A stretch of 62,411 nucleotides of DNA, counting the filler, from Choristocarpus tenellus KU-1152 (taxonomy: Eukaryota > Protista > Phaeophyceae): NCBI GenBank assembly GCA_964200185.2. It is 13 parts of 13 records of this genome, joined end to end, with 100 filler letters (N's around TTAATTAATTAA, not from the genome) between each part and the next. Parts side by side here need not be neighbours in the genome. Positions count along the whole stretch, not along the records: positions 25,291 to 28,134 come from CAXNAD020024255.1; positions 28,235 to 31,325 come from CAXNAD020022384.1; positions 31,426 to 33,959 come from CAXNAD020026986.1; positions 34,060 to 39,826 come from CAXNAD020009803.1; positions 39,927 to 47,993 come from CAXNAD020005204.1; 8 more parts are not named here. One strand, written 5' to 3'. How positions within the stretch are numbered: the stretch's first letter is position 1; each line of letters opens with the position of its first letter. The position numbers were made by a program, and so were the translations under genes. Under the pieces are notes generated by a model. That model saw only the letters and a program-made list of their open reading frames with translations. It made no database searches and was not told where the DNA came from. This document shows positions 27,437-40,259 of this stretch, piece by piece.

Positions 27437-28304
27437 TGAGAATGATGGTAAGGGAGGTGAAAGGTAAGATGAAAATGACTAGCAACCCAGCCAGCTTGAT
27501 ATGATGATCCAGGTTGACCTTTCACCTGAGATCAGCATTCTGGAAGTAAAGAGTGTATTGGAGAGGGCAACATTGAAACCTGGTGGGAGGAGGGCTGATA
27601 TCTGATACTTCTTCAGAAAATATCATACAACTCGGGAAAATTACCTCATCTGTATGGTCGATCTGGGTGGAGGAAACGGGAACATTTCTAAAGTCCAGAA
27701 TAAATTGAGTTATTCAAATTCAATTACTAACACGTGGAATCATCTCCAGAGTTACAAGTCCAAGCACATCAAAGCATTTTTTTCAAGTTAAATGAGGCCC
27801 AGGAAAAGGACAAAGGCTCCGGATCAGATGATCAGTGGCTATTCACTCTTTTTTTGTTGCTAAGGCGCTAAAGTGGGCCACGCCCTCTTACTCCTTCACA
27901 CGATAGACTGTCATATATACAAAAGTTTCAGATACCACAACAAGGTAATCCAGTAGTGCGTAAAGAGCACAAAAATATGGATACAAAAAAAATCAGTGAG
28001 GCCCCTCACCAGCCAGAGGGTCTCATTACCTAGTAGTGCTACATAACTGACCTTGTATATTGGGGGGTCTCTAGGCACCGGCAGGTAGAGCTTGACTGTA
28101 TCCCCAACAAGTTCCTCTCCACATAAGACGGTATNNNNNNNNNNNNNNNNNNNNNNNNNNNNNNNNNNNNNNNNNNNNTTAATTAATTAANNNNNNNNNN
28201 NNNNNNNNNNNNNNNNNNNNNNNNNNNNNNNNNNTGCTATCCCCCTCCCCCTCCTCCCCCCCCTCAAATCAACAAAAGCCCACCCCCACCATCCACCCCC
28301 CCCG

Positions 28305-28339
<35 letters not shown>

Positions 28340-28431
28340 CCCCTCTCTCATCCCACACCTCGCAACCTGAGTCCCCCCTCACGGTATGCCCTAACCCTAA
28401 CCCCCTATCCACACCGCACCGCCTTCCCCAG

Positions 28432-31325
28432 GTGAAAGACTGCCTGGTATACCTTCGCCTCGTGGCAAATCCTAGGGACGCGGTCTCCATGCGTCGTGCC
28501 ATCAACACGCCTGCCAGGGGCATAGGCGCAAAGACTCAGCTGGCCCTCAGGCAGTGGTGGGATACGGCGCAGTCCGTTCCTAGATTCAATGCTCCCTCAT
28601 GCGCAGAGTGCCTCATGGCCCTGCTGGAGGACAAGGGCTTGGATTCCCTTGATCAGGTGCTCGGCAACCTCCCGCCTAGCACGGGCGGAGCCCGCAGCGT
28701 CGGAATTAATGAAGAGGAGCTCGGGTGGTCGCTTGCTGAGCAGGGGGAGCCGGAGACGGCAGGCGTTTCCGGGGAGGAAGGGGGGGGTGCCGAGTATCTC
28801 GCATGGCCGGATTTTTCAATGGGCCGTGTGAAGGAAATGAAAATGGCCTTGGATGCAGGGGAGGTGGAAGGGCCGCCCAAGGGTCAGTTGAAGAAGCTGA
28901 GGGTGTTCGCTGAGATTCTGGTTCGACTGCGGGCTGCTGCTAATTCGATGACCGTTCCGGCTTTGTTGGGGTTACTTCTGGAGGTCACAGATATGGAAAC
29001 GTATGTGTTTGTGTGTCTTATGTGTTGTGTTGTGTTGTGTTGTGTGTTATGTTTGCAGTCTAGGACGTTTGCTGTTCTCGTGATGTTGTACCTTTCTCCA
29101 TGGCCGGAGGAGATTTTGATACTACTTAGGGTTCTTGTATTCCAACAACGTGTTGACACGAAATATTTTTTTTTTAATTATTTACTCGTAAAGCACTTTT
29201 TCACCTCAATCGGCTGACTTTTCAACCTTCCCAGCTTTAGCTCCAACCACATCCTTGCCCCCCCCCCTCTTATTTTGCTCAACCTCTATTTAAAGAAATA
29301 AAAAATTATAGGTAATGTAACATCCCGTTGCAAGGCAGTGGTACCGTCAACTTTCACACACGTACAAACACTCACTCTGAAAACAAACACAGACATATAC
29401 ACAAGCACATACACACACAATATACATGCATAATACATACATACATACACACAGAGAGAGAGAGAGAGAGAGAGACAGCATATTTTCTGGCTATCCCGTA
29501 ATCCCCCAGACACGTGAAAGAATCGCTACCTAACGGTACCGATACCAAGTCGGAGGGCACTGATAGATGGGGAAACGTGATGGAGCTGGTTAGAGCTGCC
29601 GCGAATCCCAAGTTTGAGGGGCTTGCGGCATCGGGGTCGCTGGAGGCGTTTCTGAACGAGATTGCTTTGATGACCGGGGGTGAGTTGGAGGAGAACGGCC
29701 AGGGTGATGCTGGACAGGAGGGGGGCGGTCAACAGGGTGAAGGAGGAGGAGGCGCTCCACCACAGATGATTCGGCTCATGACGGTCCATGCATCCAAGGG
29801 CCTTGAGTTCAACACAGTGTTCTTGACTGGGCTAGAAGATGGGAGTTTTCCGCTGGAGAAGGCGAAGGAGAAGGAGATGGATGAAGAGAGGAGACTCATG
29901 TGTGTGTTCGTCTGTGTGTTTGTTTGGCTGTGTCTGTGTCTGTGTCTTCTGTCTGTTTCTGTTTCTGTTTCTGTTTCTGAGTACATTTTTAATGTAGTAA
30001 ATTTTTAATGTAGTATGTTTTTAATGTAGTATGTTTTTAATGTAGTATATTTTTAATGTAGTGTGTTTTTAATGTAGTACATTTTTAATGTAGTATATTT
30101 TTAATGTAGTGTGTTTTTAATGTAGTACATTTTTAATGTAGTATATTTTTAATGTAGTATGTTTTTAATGTAGTACATTTTTAATGTAGTATATTTTTAA
30201 TGTAGTATGTTTTTAATGTAGTATGTTTTTAATGTAGTAAATTTTTAATGTAGTATATTTGCGTGAGCTTCAAAAAAAAAATGAACTTAAATGAAAAAAA
30301 GAAGAACCGATACTGATCGCGCTGTGTTAAAAAGTTCACACGACGGTTGTTCCTGTCTTTATTATTATTGTTGTTAGTATTATTATTGTTATTAGTAGTA
30401 GTAGTATTATTGTTGTTGTTGTTATTATTAGTATTATTATTATTATTATTGTTGTTGTTGTTGTTAGTATTATTATTGTTATTATTATTATTATTGTTGC
30501 CGTTTGCTGATATATTTGAAAATCCCCTCTTTTTTTTTTGTTCTTATAGCATGTACCTGCAAGCGCATCACTCCTCCTCTTGTGAAATATTTGTACGCAG
30601 ACAATGTGTTGGGTGTTTGTGTATGCGGTGAGTGTGCCTCTGATGTTAGAATATATGTACTAGATAAAGATATTTTCATGTACCCTGGTAGTGGCTGTTT
30701 GCGACTGATGGTGGATATATTCGTGTGCTAGATAATTTCATGCCATCGAGCTCTGGCCCAGAGAGGACTTGATGCATTTGGTGGCAACTTTTTTGTTTTT
30801 TGTGTGGTGTGTGCGTTATCAAGACCTGATCCAACTGTTGACACGCCTTCCTGCCAATACATACCATTTTTTTTTCACAATTTATTGTATTGTATACACA
30901 AGCATTATGCTGAATACCTTCTTTTTCTTCCAATTTTGACTCCCTGACCTCCCCCCAACCGCTATAGAGCTCGACTAAGTTTCCTTTTTTCTTTTTACAC
31001 ACCATCTTTTTCTTTTTGTTTGACCCTGGCCGTTGATTTGATTTTTGCTTTGCTTTGCTTTGATTTGATTTTAAAACGTTTTTGTTTGCTGGAAAGGTAC
31101 GTGGGTATGACAAGGGCCAAGGCCCGACTCTTTCTCACCTGGCGCAAGGAAAGGCTGCTCTTTGGCTCCAAGGGCGCCTGGACTGAAGAGAGTGATCCAA
31201 GCCCTTTTCTCGGGGACCTCCCAAAGGGGGTGGTTAAATTCATACGTGCAGAAGGGGTTAAGCCGGGGGGGAGAGGGAGGGGTGAGCAGACGCGAGAGGG
31301 TGGTAACAGGGGGGGGGCGAAGGCA
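28432..31325 (+). CDS. uvrD: PcrA/UvrD-like SF1 DNA helicase, C-terminal half; exons 28432-29000, 29510-29899, 31097->31325
   Basis: Motifs VKDCLVYLRLVANPRD, INTPARGIG, LMTVHASKGLEF (motif V) and EERRLM|YVGMTRA (motif VI). Both introns are phase 2, GT-AG. Confidence 0.93.
29982..30260. repeat. 16-bp minisatellite, 17 copies (AATGTAGT-NNN-TTTTT), in helicase intron
   Basis: AATGTAGT recurs every 16 nt from 29991 to 30247. Confidence 0.97.
30358..30498. repeat. (TTA/TTG/GTA)n microsatellite
   Basis: Directly visible; it explains the spurious poly-Leu ORF. Confidence 0.95.
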
Positions 31326-31639
31326 NNNNNNNNNNNNNNNNNNNNNNNNNNNNNNNNNNNNNNNNNNNNTTAATTAATTAANNNNNNNNNNNNNNNNNNN
31401 NNNNNNNNNNNNNNNNNNNNNNNNNACCATCAGAGCCCCTCATGTTGAGCTTCTGATGTTCCATTGAATCCTCTCAATACCAAGAACAACAAACACCATG
31501 TTTACATTTATAGAATAGTACACCAATAGAGCTATGCTCTTATCTCACCATCCGTGTAGGAAATCAACCCTTACAAAATGAAAAGACGAGGACAAGGACA
31601 ATAAACACTTTCCATTCAGGCATTCGCTTTGTCACCCAC

Positions 31640-32919
31640 CTTGACCCTACCATGACCATCCATGATTACGTTCATAGACTTGAGATCTCCATGTACAATA
31701 TTATTGGCGTGTATGTACTTCATGCCAGCCACAACATCCGTGATGACACTTTTTTGTAGGTCTTCTTCCATGAACCCAGTTTCCTTGGCCGCACTCAGCA
31801 ATTTCCGCAAGTCCCCACCAGGCAAAAACTCTGTGAACATGATGAACTACCATTGACAACGATTGGAAAGCAGGTAACTGTGAAAAACTCTGAATTTATT
31901 ATCGCTCAACTCTTGTTAGTTCCATAGTCTTACATAAAAGATTGTTCAAGAGTACATGAAATAAAGTGAAGAATTCATCGTATATTAGAAGACAAGACGC
32001 TAGATAAAAAACATTTGACATAAAAAAATATCCACTATAAATGTCCACATTGCCACACAACAAGATCAGCAATCACATGTCAGCAATCACATGTCAATAA
32101 TCACACCATACACTTCTCACATGCGTTTTATCATGCAAAATATCACCAACAAGAGTAACCACATGAGGTGATCCCTGCAATTTTCTCATGGTGCCGTACT
32201 CCTCAGATATGAGCTGGTGCTGTCTGTCAAACTCCTTGTCATCCGGGTAACCCAAATCGATTATCTTCGCAGCAGCATTAAAACCAAGGTGATCTATGAG
32301 ATACACCTGCAACGGGCACGAATTGTGTTTGGCAATTAGATACATCTTCACTCTCCGTCAGAGCTGCCTTGTGTTGCAGAGCTATCTAATTAACTCCTTT
32401 GCATGGACATACATGTACCATACCTCTCCGAAGGCACCTTTTCCAATCCGGTGCTCACTATGCTTCCAATGCTCTGCACTCATGGTAGAGGTAGTAGCCC
32501 TTGCACCTGACACTGCTTCTTCCTCCTGGCAGGTAAAGAGGAAAGGTGATGCACCACATTGGTCAACAATACTTGCACATCAGCATTAGGTAACAAACAA
32601 GTTAGATACACAGTTCAGAGACACGTCCAAGGCAAGGAGAGTATTTTCCAATAGCCATGGAAGAAGACTGATCTTCTGAAGGCATATACTCGTTACACAA
32701 GCTGCAGGGAGTCCAGGCAATGGTGTTCCATTCATGAAACCTTTTCCACAGAGTATCAAAGGCACTCTGAGAAGCGTTTACGGTCAGCACTTGACCCACC
32801 TCCTGCAGTCCGTGAACAATACGCTCAGCAGCAGATTCTACTTGATGAAGCCTCAATGACCACAGGTTGGATGCCTCCATCTTATCCCAATTGTCTGACC
32901 TGTGGTAGTATTGAATCAA
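31640..32919 (-). CDS. TKL-type protein kinase, partial; exons 32919-~32800, 32525-32424, 32306-32121, 31846-31640
   Basis: Motifs IGKGAFGE|VY, AAAK, EEY (alphaC), TEFLPGGDL and IVHGDLKSMNV; phase-0 GT-AG introns. The donor of the first exon is uncertain. Confidence 0.9.
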
Positions 32920-35900
32920 CTGCAAAGCACAAGATCCAGCAAAGCATTAAGGCGGAAGGTTTCTCAGCTAGGGCAAGATAGTGACATCATTATATCTGCG
33001 ATAGCACTGTAAGGAAGCATGGGTGAGAAGGGTAGAATCAAGTGAGGCACACTAGAAACAACAAGCATTATGGTGTCAAAAAAGATGATATAGTGTAAGG
33101 GAACAAGAATTCATTCTGTTAGGCAATCCTATGCTACATCTAGGCATGATAACACTCCCACAACACAAGATTTGTACTTGCATTAAAATATCATGTTAAA
33201 TTATTAATGATGTAATTTAAAACTAGTGATCCTCTCACTCGCAAGGACATCACAATTGGATAGATGTATTTCACACTTGTCTAAACAAAAGAAAGCAGGA
33301 ACAAATACACCAACATGCCACAAGCCTCTTCAAGATCGGAATACATTACACATATCCCACTGTATCAAATGGAAGCATACAGCCAAGCAGGCAGCCGAGA
33401 TACCCGAAAATATAGGGAACTCTTCAAAAAAAAAAGGAACACAAGTCAACACTGCAGTATAGCATTACATAGTTATACCAAAATGGTGTCACAATTTCAA
33501 ACGTTACACATGAACTGTTCTTATTCATACCATATCGCTACCTATACTGAAACCAATATTTACCCGCCACCACCCACATCATAAATGCCTCACTGATGTT
33601 GAAGCAAGCCCTTGCACCATGCAAAAAAAGAGTGAATTACATTGAAAAACCGAAAAAACATAATATTCCCTAGTAAACTATGTACAACTTAGTAGTGCTA
33701 GTATTACCTTAAAACTTCTCCAAAAAAAAGTGAAGATTACACGGCCAAGATAAATCATCCCCACAAAAAAAGAACTCTCTACAAGACCTCTGGCAATTAA
33801 AAGATAAACTCACCCTTCAAATAAAAAAAAGTGGAAAGGGTACTTCAATATTGAGGACTCAAGACATACGAGGAGCTGGCCTGCACCTATTCCAAAGAAG
33901 TTCTTCAATAATAGTTTTCAGAACAAATCTTGAATTTATGTGCTCTGTTCATGACGCAANNNNNNNNNNNNNNNNNNNNNNNNNNNNNNNNNNNNNNNNN
34001 NNNTTAATTAATTAANNNNNNNNNNNNNNNNNNNNNNNNNNNNNNNNNNNNNNNNNNNNCTTTTCCTGATTTTGGTCCAAATGGACACCCTAGTGTAGAC
34101 CCCCCCCCCCTCCCGGATACTTTGAGTCTGATAAGAACGAGGGTGAGTCCATCTGCCTGGTACGCTCTCCCACCTGAGGAAGATGATGATGAGCTAGGAC
34201 AAAGTGCAGGAAGAAAATGAGCAGAAGAAACCAGAGCCTGAGGTCCAGGTCATCACTCTACAGGAGAAAGAAAAGTGTGTTTAGAGTGAACAACAATGAT
34301 ACCCTCTGAGTTGAGGGCTATCAGTTCGCACTTCATAAACCTGCACATGAGCAGGAGACTACCCCATGCCATTCAAACCTTACCTACGTAGAGAGGTGGC
34401 AACACCACCAAAATGAATCAAAATGGGTTCAGCAGAGGATCCCTTCCTTGGAGTATGTGGTGGGGGTTCAGTTGCTAGTTGTGGTGTGATGGCACTCGTA
34501 GGATGGGGTACATGCATGCACAGGAAGCACAATTCAAGATTGTCGACTTCCATGGGTGACAAGATGTACCGTGGCGTATGGTGAGAGTGAATGTTACAAC
34601 GAACCGCTCATTAGATGGCAGGACAGGGCTCAAAACGCTTAGGCGTTCATACTCAGCCAAACTTATCTATGGCATTCTCGTCATTAGTGTTGCACAGGTA
34701 GACTCAGAGTGGATATTCTCAACATCTGGGATTATTGCAACACTATAACAGAACAAGCTGAGTGAGGAAAGAGTGGAGCTTTGATCCTTCCTACATACAA
34801 CACTTGGCTGAATGTTGACACACGTCAGTCTCTAAAGGATGGAAGAATAGAAGCTACCACCAAAATATTGCAGTCACAAGTAGATCAAATAACTCTAATA
34901 ATGTATGCAATGATATTTCTTTCCTTTACAAATAATTCTGTCGACTTTTTTTAGAAACGTGAGCAATACAGAAAACTGTAGTGCATAGTTTGAATCAACT
35001 CGAAAATCTTTAAACGTAATCAACTATAATTGAAATTTGCATTGTACATAAATTGAGGCACACAGACCACCAAGGTCCCGAACAGAGCTCACACTGCACA
35101 TTCATGAGAAAATCTAAAAATTGCTGATTTCAAATACTGTAATGTAATCGGATTGTAACATTTCAATCTCTACAATTCACAACAGTAAAAGTCTAGGTTT
35201 GAAAGTCTGTCCTGAATACAACATGTCAATATATCTGGTCAAGGGAGAAAAACACTCAAATGAAACTACCTAAAGACTTTCATCTCCAACAGAGCAGGTA
35301 GGGGACCGCTTTGTCTCAAGTTGTTTGACACATTGCATTCATATTTCATCTCTAACTTGAGAGAGTAGAGAACAGATTCAAGTTTATTATACTCTCCCAA
35401 ATAATGAGATACTACTACACCTCCAGGGAAGCGAGTTGCCCATAATGAGATACCACCACACCCCTGGAGCAGCTGGTCTAGCGAATGACGCTCCCAATGG
35501 CAAAGGTCGTATTTCAATATTGACAACTCACTGCTTTGTTGGTAAAATGGTACATGACTTACTGCGACAGCAGTACAGTGGTATATCAAAACTTGACAAA
35601 ACTAATAACCAGGGTGCTACCCAGCCAAATCTGTGGTGATGAACCCCCTGGTTGCACTCACTCCCTGAGCAATCATCCCCATTCTTAGATTCCCCATTGA
35701 GCCTGTAACCTGGACACTACTCTCTCTATCTTCAATCTTCCATTGTAGCAAGTAGAGAAAGCTGTCCAACTGGGATTCTATCTAGTGTTGCAGAGGTATA
35801 TCAATGTTTCATATTCCCACATTGCCTTTGATTCGAAGCAATCTGATCCATTGATATCAAGGCATACGGCCAAGGTCTATGAAATGAAGAGTAATGGGAT

Positions 35901-36065
35901 GCAGAGAAAAAAAGGAAGAAGGGAGTCATTAGGCATGCTGAGGATAGTATCAACTCACTTCTTCAAGGCAGTTCAAGAAAATTCTTGTCTCCCTCTCTCA
36001 CTGATCTTGATCTCAACAATCGCATCTGGCAATAATTCCCAATAATGTTTTGGTTTTGCAATCAG

Positions 36066-38971
36066 GAGCAGTATGAGGCCACAAGATTGAGTCTGGAAGA
36101 AATGATCAAGACCATCACCAAAGCATTTGATAACCACCTTGAGGAAGCAGCTGCAGCTGCAAAGATCCAGTTTCAGTGGATTAAGCGCCGATATCGGGAG
36201 AAGATAGAGGTCTCTCGTCAGGCAGCTCGGATTGAATTGAAGGTCAGCCAAATCATTGAATTGCGGCTAAATTTCAGGGTCAGTTGAAGAAAATATGATT
36301 ATTAGGTCCCTACTCTACTCGTCACCACATCTTCTATATGCCCACTGACCTTATCAGAGATGTTGTCAAGGGATGAAAACCCAACTGGTTAGTAGTGATT
36401 AGCACTCGATGATATGCTTGCTGATCTGAAGCTCTGATCCACACTACTATATTTGTGCAGGACACATTGATGTTAGACCGCTCAATTTTGGAAGAAGCAA
36501 AGAGGGATTTAGTGCAGCAAGGGCAGGAAGAGCTATTCAAGCTTGAATCCAGATTTCAGAATGAAAGACTTGAGCTAAGGAAGCAGAGAAGAAATGTGAG
36601 ATGCATCACTAAGCAAGCAACATCTGGGAAGTGTGCAAACTGACCAAGAAGCGTCATTGCAATGCCCTAAAGTGAATATGAGTGTAGACAATACTATTTG
36701 ACTTACCGTCAATGGCAAAGGGCTAAAGCTTTCTGAACATTCCTGACAGGTGTCGTATGTTTCAAAAGAGCACAATCTTAAGGCTATTAATTTGTTGCTG
36801 GCCGACATTTATACCAAACGCTGCCCATTGCCATATTTGTGTACCTCTGGGATAAACAAATCCCATCCTACCTGAGCCTACATCTCCTCATTTTCTCTCC
36901 CTGTCATGCTCTCACCAATACCACCAAGTTGGAGAGATCAGTTGAGGCAACTGAGCTTCTCAAGCTTCAGGCGGAGCAGAACTTGGTCCACGCTCAGAGG
37001 TACATCAAGGTTAGATGTCAATGCCCAATGCAGTGACCTTGAATTGAACGTAGACATTTTCTGCACACTGTTTGGTTCCAAGGACTGCACGGAATTCCTC
37101 AACCCCTCCTTCCTAGTCCGTATCCTCAAGATAGATGTGAAGTTGTCCCTCTTCTTACTCCAAACTCCAACAACCCCTCACCACTCCACCCCTCCTGCTC
37201 ATTTATTAATCTGAGTCAAAGTAAAGAGGTACCCAGAGTTGCATTGTAAAGGAGCAGATAACTATCTGCAAAACTAGGCTATTATCTCAAAAAGTGTGCA
37301 GGATATCTTCTGAACTGTGTCGAAAAGGTTAAAACAATAGAGAAATAAATACTTTCATGTCAAATTTGAACTTCATCCATAGGAAAAAGGGTTGATAATT
37401 TGCAAAGATAAAAAAACTGACTTAAAGAGCTAAATGGCCAAAACTTGGGTACCTCTCACTTACTTTGGGTCTCTGCGTAACTCACACGGTACACTTTCAC
37501 CTACATGCCCTACCTCCAATGCATTCAAGCAGGTCCTGCTGTCAGAACTACCTGCAGCCCCACATACAAACATGACAGAGGATGAGAGCGCGAGGGGAAG
37601 GCTTGGCAGTAACCGACAGTCAAAGAGAAGTTCCAGAAACAGTCCAAGGTCTGCTCGCGGTACTAGTTCGAAGGGTTGCAGCCCTCGAGCACAGAGCCCA
37701 AGAGCTCAAAGCCCTCAAGGCCACAGTCCTAGATGTCACAGCCCTCGAAGTCAGACTATACATGTTCCTTACCAACAACTAAGGACCATCAGGGGAAGTC
37801 ATGTATCTACCAGGGTTGCTGGTGGAAGCTCCAGTACCCCACATCCAGTCTTGCCCCGTCAACTTGGCAACAGTAGCACCTCAAAGGAGATGGTAAATGG
37901 TTGGCAGTGTGTTACTTGCAGTAAATGTCAACGGGAGGAAGGAGGACTGGCTAGGTTTGAGGGGGAAGAGGAACCTGGATTGGAGGTAGCATCACGAAGG
38001 GGTCACAGGGGGGTGGAAGGCCCGGCTGTGGGAGGGGGTGTGACATCAGCTTGGGTTGACCGTACTAGTGAGGTGGAGAGGGCAGCGGTAACCACTAAGC
38101 TTCTGAACAACATTCAAGAAACAAAACAAAAGAATATCAAGGTGGGTATCCTCACCCAGAGCGTGCAGGACAACTACTAAAAAATGTCTTCTGTCTTCTT
38201 TTCATGACTTGATGGTGATGGATTTAACAACCGACTTGCAGTGAGCCAAAGTACACCAGAGGTAATAAGAGTTGCTTTTAGAGGATGCTGAAAAATGTGT
38301 GCACATTTTAACTTTTTGTACAAGTGCCTATTGAACTGTTTCTGAATCCTGTCTAACAATTTCAAGCAATAGGGAAATAAACGTTCTCAAGTCAAACTTA
38401 GCGCTTCATCCATAGATTTGTGGGTGAATTGCGGAAAATTGAAAAACTGACTTGAAACGAAAAACGGCCAAAACTGGGTACCTGTCGTTTCTTTGACTCT
38501 TTTGTAGACATTCTAGTCCCTAGATGCAACCAAGCACAGCTCCATCGATGCTCTTCAGGATGCTACTCATGTTTCCACCACCTCTGAAAACCTCAAATCA
38601 CCACTTGTAATCTGGAGAGCATTAAAAGGAAGTCTGACTATCAACCATCATAGTAATGACCTTGCACAATGTAGCAACAAATCATTGCTCCGTTCCCTAG
38701 GACCCTGACTGCCATCTCCTAAACATAGTTGTCGATGGATATGTTTCCACCTGGAGAATTTTCCCATGTGTTTAAACACAAATGTCCCTGCGTGGTGTCT
38801 ATGCTAATATTTCACTCAAGCAATACAAACATTCGACAGGAGGAGCTGGAAGATGAGGTGGAGAGCCGGAAGGTTGCTGAGGCTCGTCTGCTGTCGCTAG
38901 AAAATCTGGTGCCTAAGCTGAACCAAGAACTGAAGAAGGTTCAGGAAGAGTTGGTGCAATCAAAGATGATG
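36066..38971 (+). CDS. Uncharacterised coiled-coil protein, partial; exons 36066-36242, 36461-36595, 36929-37009, 37533-38141, 38840-38971
   Basis: Five phase-0 GT/AG exons, each a multiple of 3 nt. E/K/L/Q-rich heptad-like sequence with an SPR-repeat low-complexity segment. Confidence 0.8.
37213..37471 (+). mobile_element. MITE family A copy, TCT TSD, intronic
   Basis: TIRs, with TCT at 37210-37212 and 37472-37474. Confidence 0.9.
38243..38499 (+). mobile_element. MITE family A copy, intronic
   Basis: GAGCCAAAGTA...CTTTGACTC termini and internal homology; no clear TSD. Confidence 0.85.
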
Positions 38972-39250
38972 GTGAGAGACATCCCACAAAGATAGACTCG
39001 ACCAGCCACTGGCAGTCTGGAGAATGATAGACATCACTCCAAATAGGAACAGAAGATGGCATGTCCCCACAAAAAAAATCTACCAGATGAGCAGGAGGTT
39101 AACTTCCAGTCTACTGCAGGGTACTGAGTATTCCCCTCCTCCACAGACTAATATACAGTAGGCTGGATTGATGTGTGTAGCTTGCATGGTCAAGTATAGA
39201 ATCCTAAGAAGCGCAGGACTGTGTCAAAGTCATTTGTACTACTGTGTTCA

Positions 39251-39297
<47 letters not shown>

Positions 39298-40259
39298 GAT
39301 CTGACATGAGATCGTAAAATGAGTGAAATTCAATCAGTTGGACAGAGGAAACAGAAGATCGTACCATTTGTTTTTTGTGTGTTTCAAAATACTTCAGAGC
39401 ACAGTCGCAAGTGCTGCCCTGAATGTTGGGTTCAAGCAAGAAGTGCATATAACTTCACAGAGTGCTTCTGGGAAGGGCAAAGGAATGCATGTACATTAAA
39501 GATGAATTCACGCCTGTCTCGTGGAAGATCTCGTATTTGTATGGGGAAGTGTCTAAAACTCTGATTGGTGGATGAGAAAGCACCGTATCCAGAGACTGTG
39601 AGCTTTACTTGGCCTACGAATTTGTGGCACACATCACTCAGATGACACAGGATGGGGCGCTTCTTTACATTTGCCTCTGTATTTGTGACCTGAGCAAGTT
39701 GTGTTGTAACCAAGGCATATTTGAAGGTCTTCCACAGTGGGGTTAAGTGGCCTTGAGTTGACACATTTTCAGAGCCAATGTATCTTAGAGGGTGGAGTCG
39801 CGTCCATTTGGGGGTCAAAATCCAATNNNNNNNNNNNNNNNNNNNNNNNNNNNNNNNNNNNNNNNNNNNNTTAATTAATTAANNNNNNNNNNNNNNNNNN
39901 NNNNNNNNNNNNNNNNNNNNNNNNNNTGATTGCATGTCACGCACAATTCCGTTTTTTTAATATACTTTTTACACCCCTTAAAAATGCTTAAAATACTTCT
40001 TTGCTTTTTTCCTTTTTCTTGGGGGGGGGGGGGAGAAGGGTTGCTCATTTCCGGCTGCCTGCTGTGAAAGAAAGACCTCCAGCCCTAACCCGAACCCATT
40101 ACACACTCCTCGAGTACAGAGAAGAAATCTAGCAAAGCCTTATATGATTATAAGAAAACTGGCGGGGGGTAAAAAGAAGCAGAGCGACAATGTGGAATGG
40201 GGGAAGCATGCGCCAAGGTAGATTTCATTAGACCTAGTTCCACAATATACAAGATATAC

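Noticed and set aside
30347-30631. Poly-Leu 'membrane protein' ORF (also 5765-5977)
   Set aside because: Translation of trinucleotide microsatellites.
28235-33959. Helicase next to kinase as a defence-like gene cluster
   Set aside because: They are on different contigs separated by an artificial spacer.
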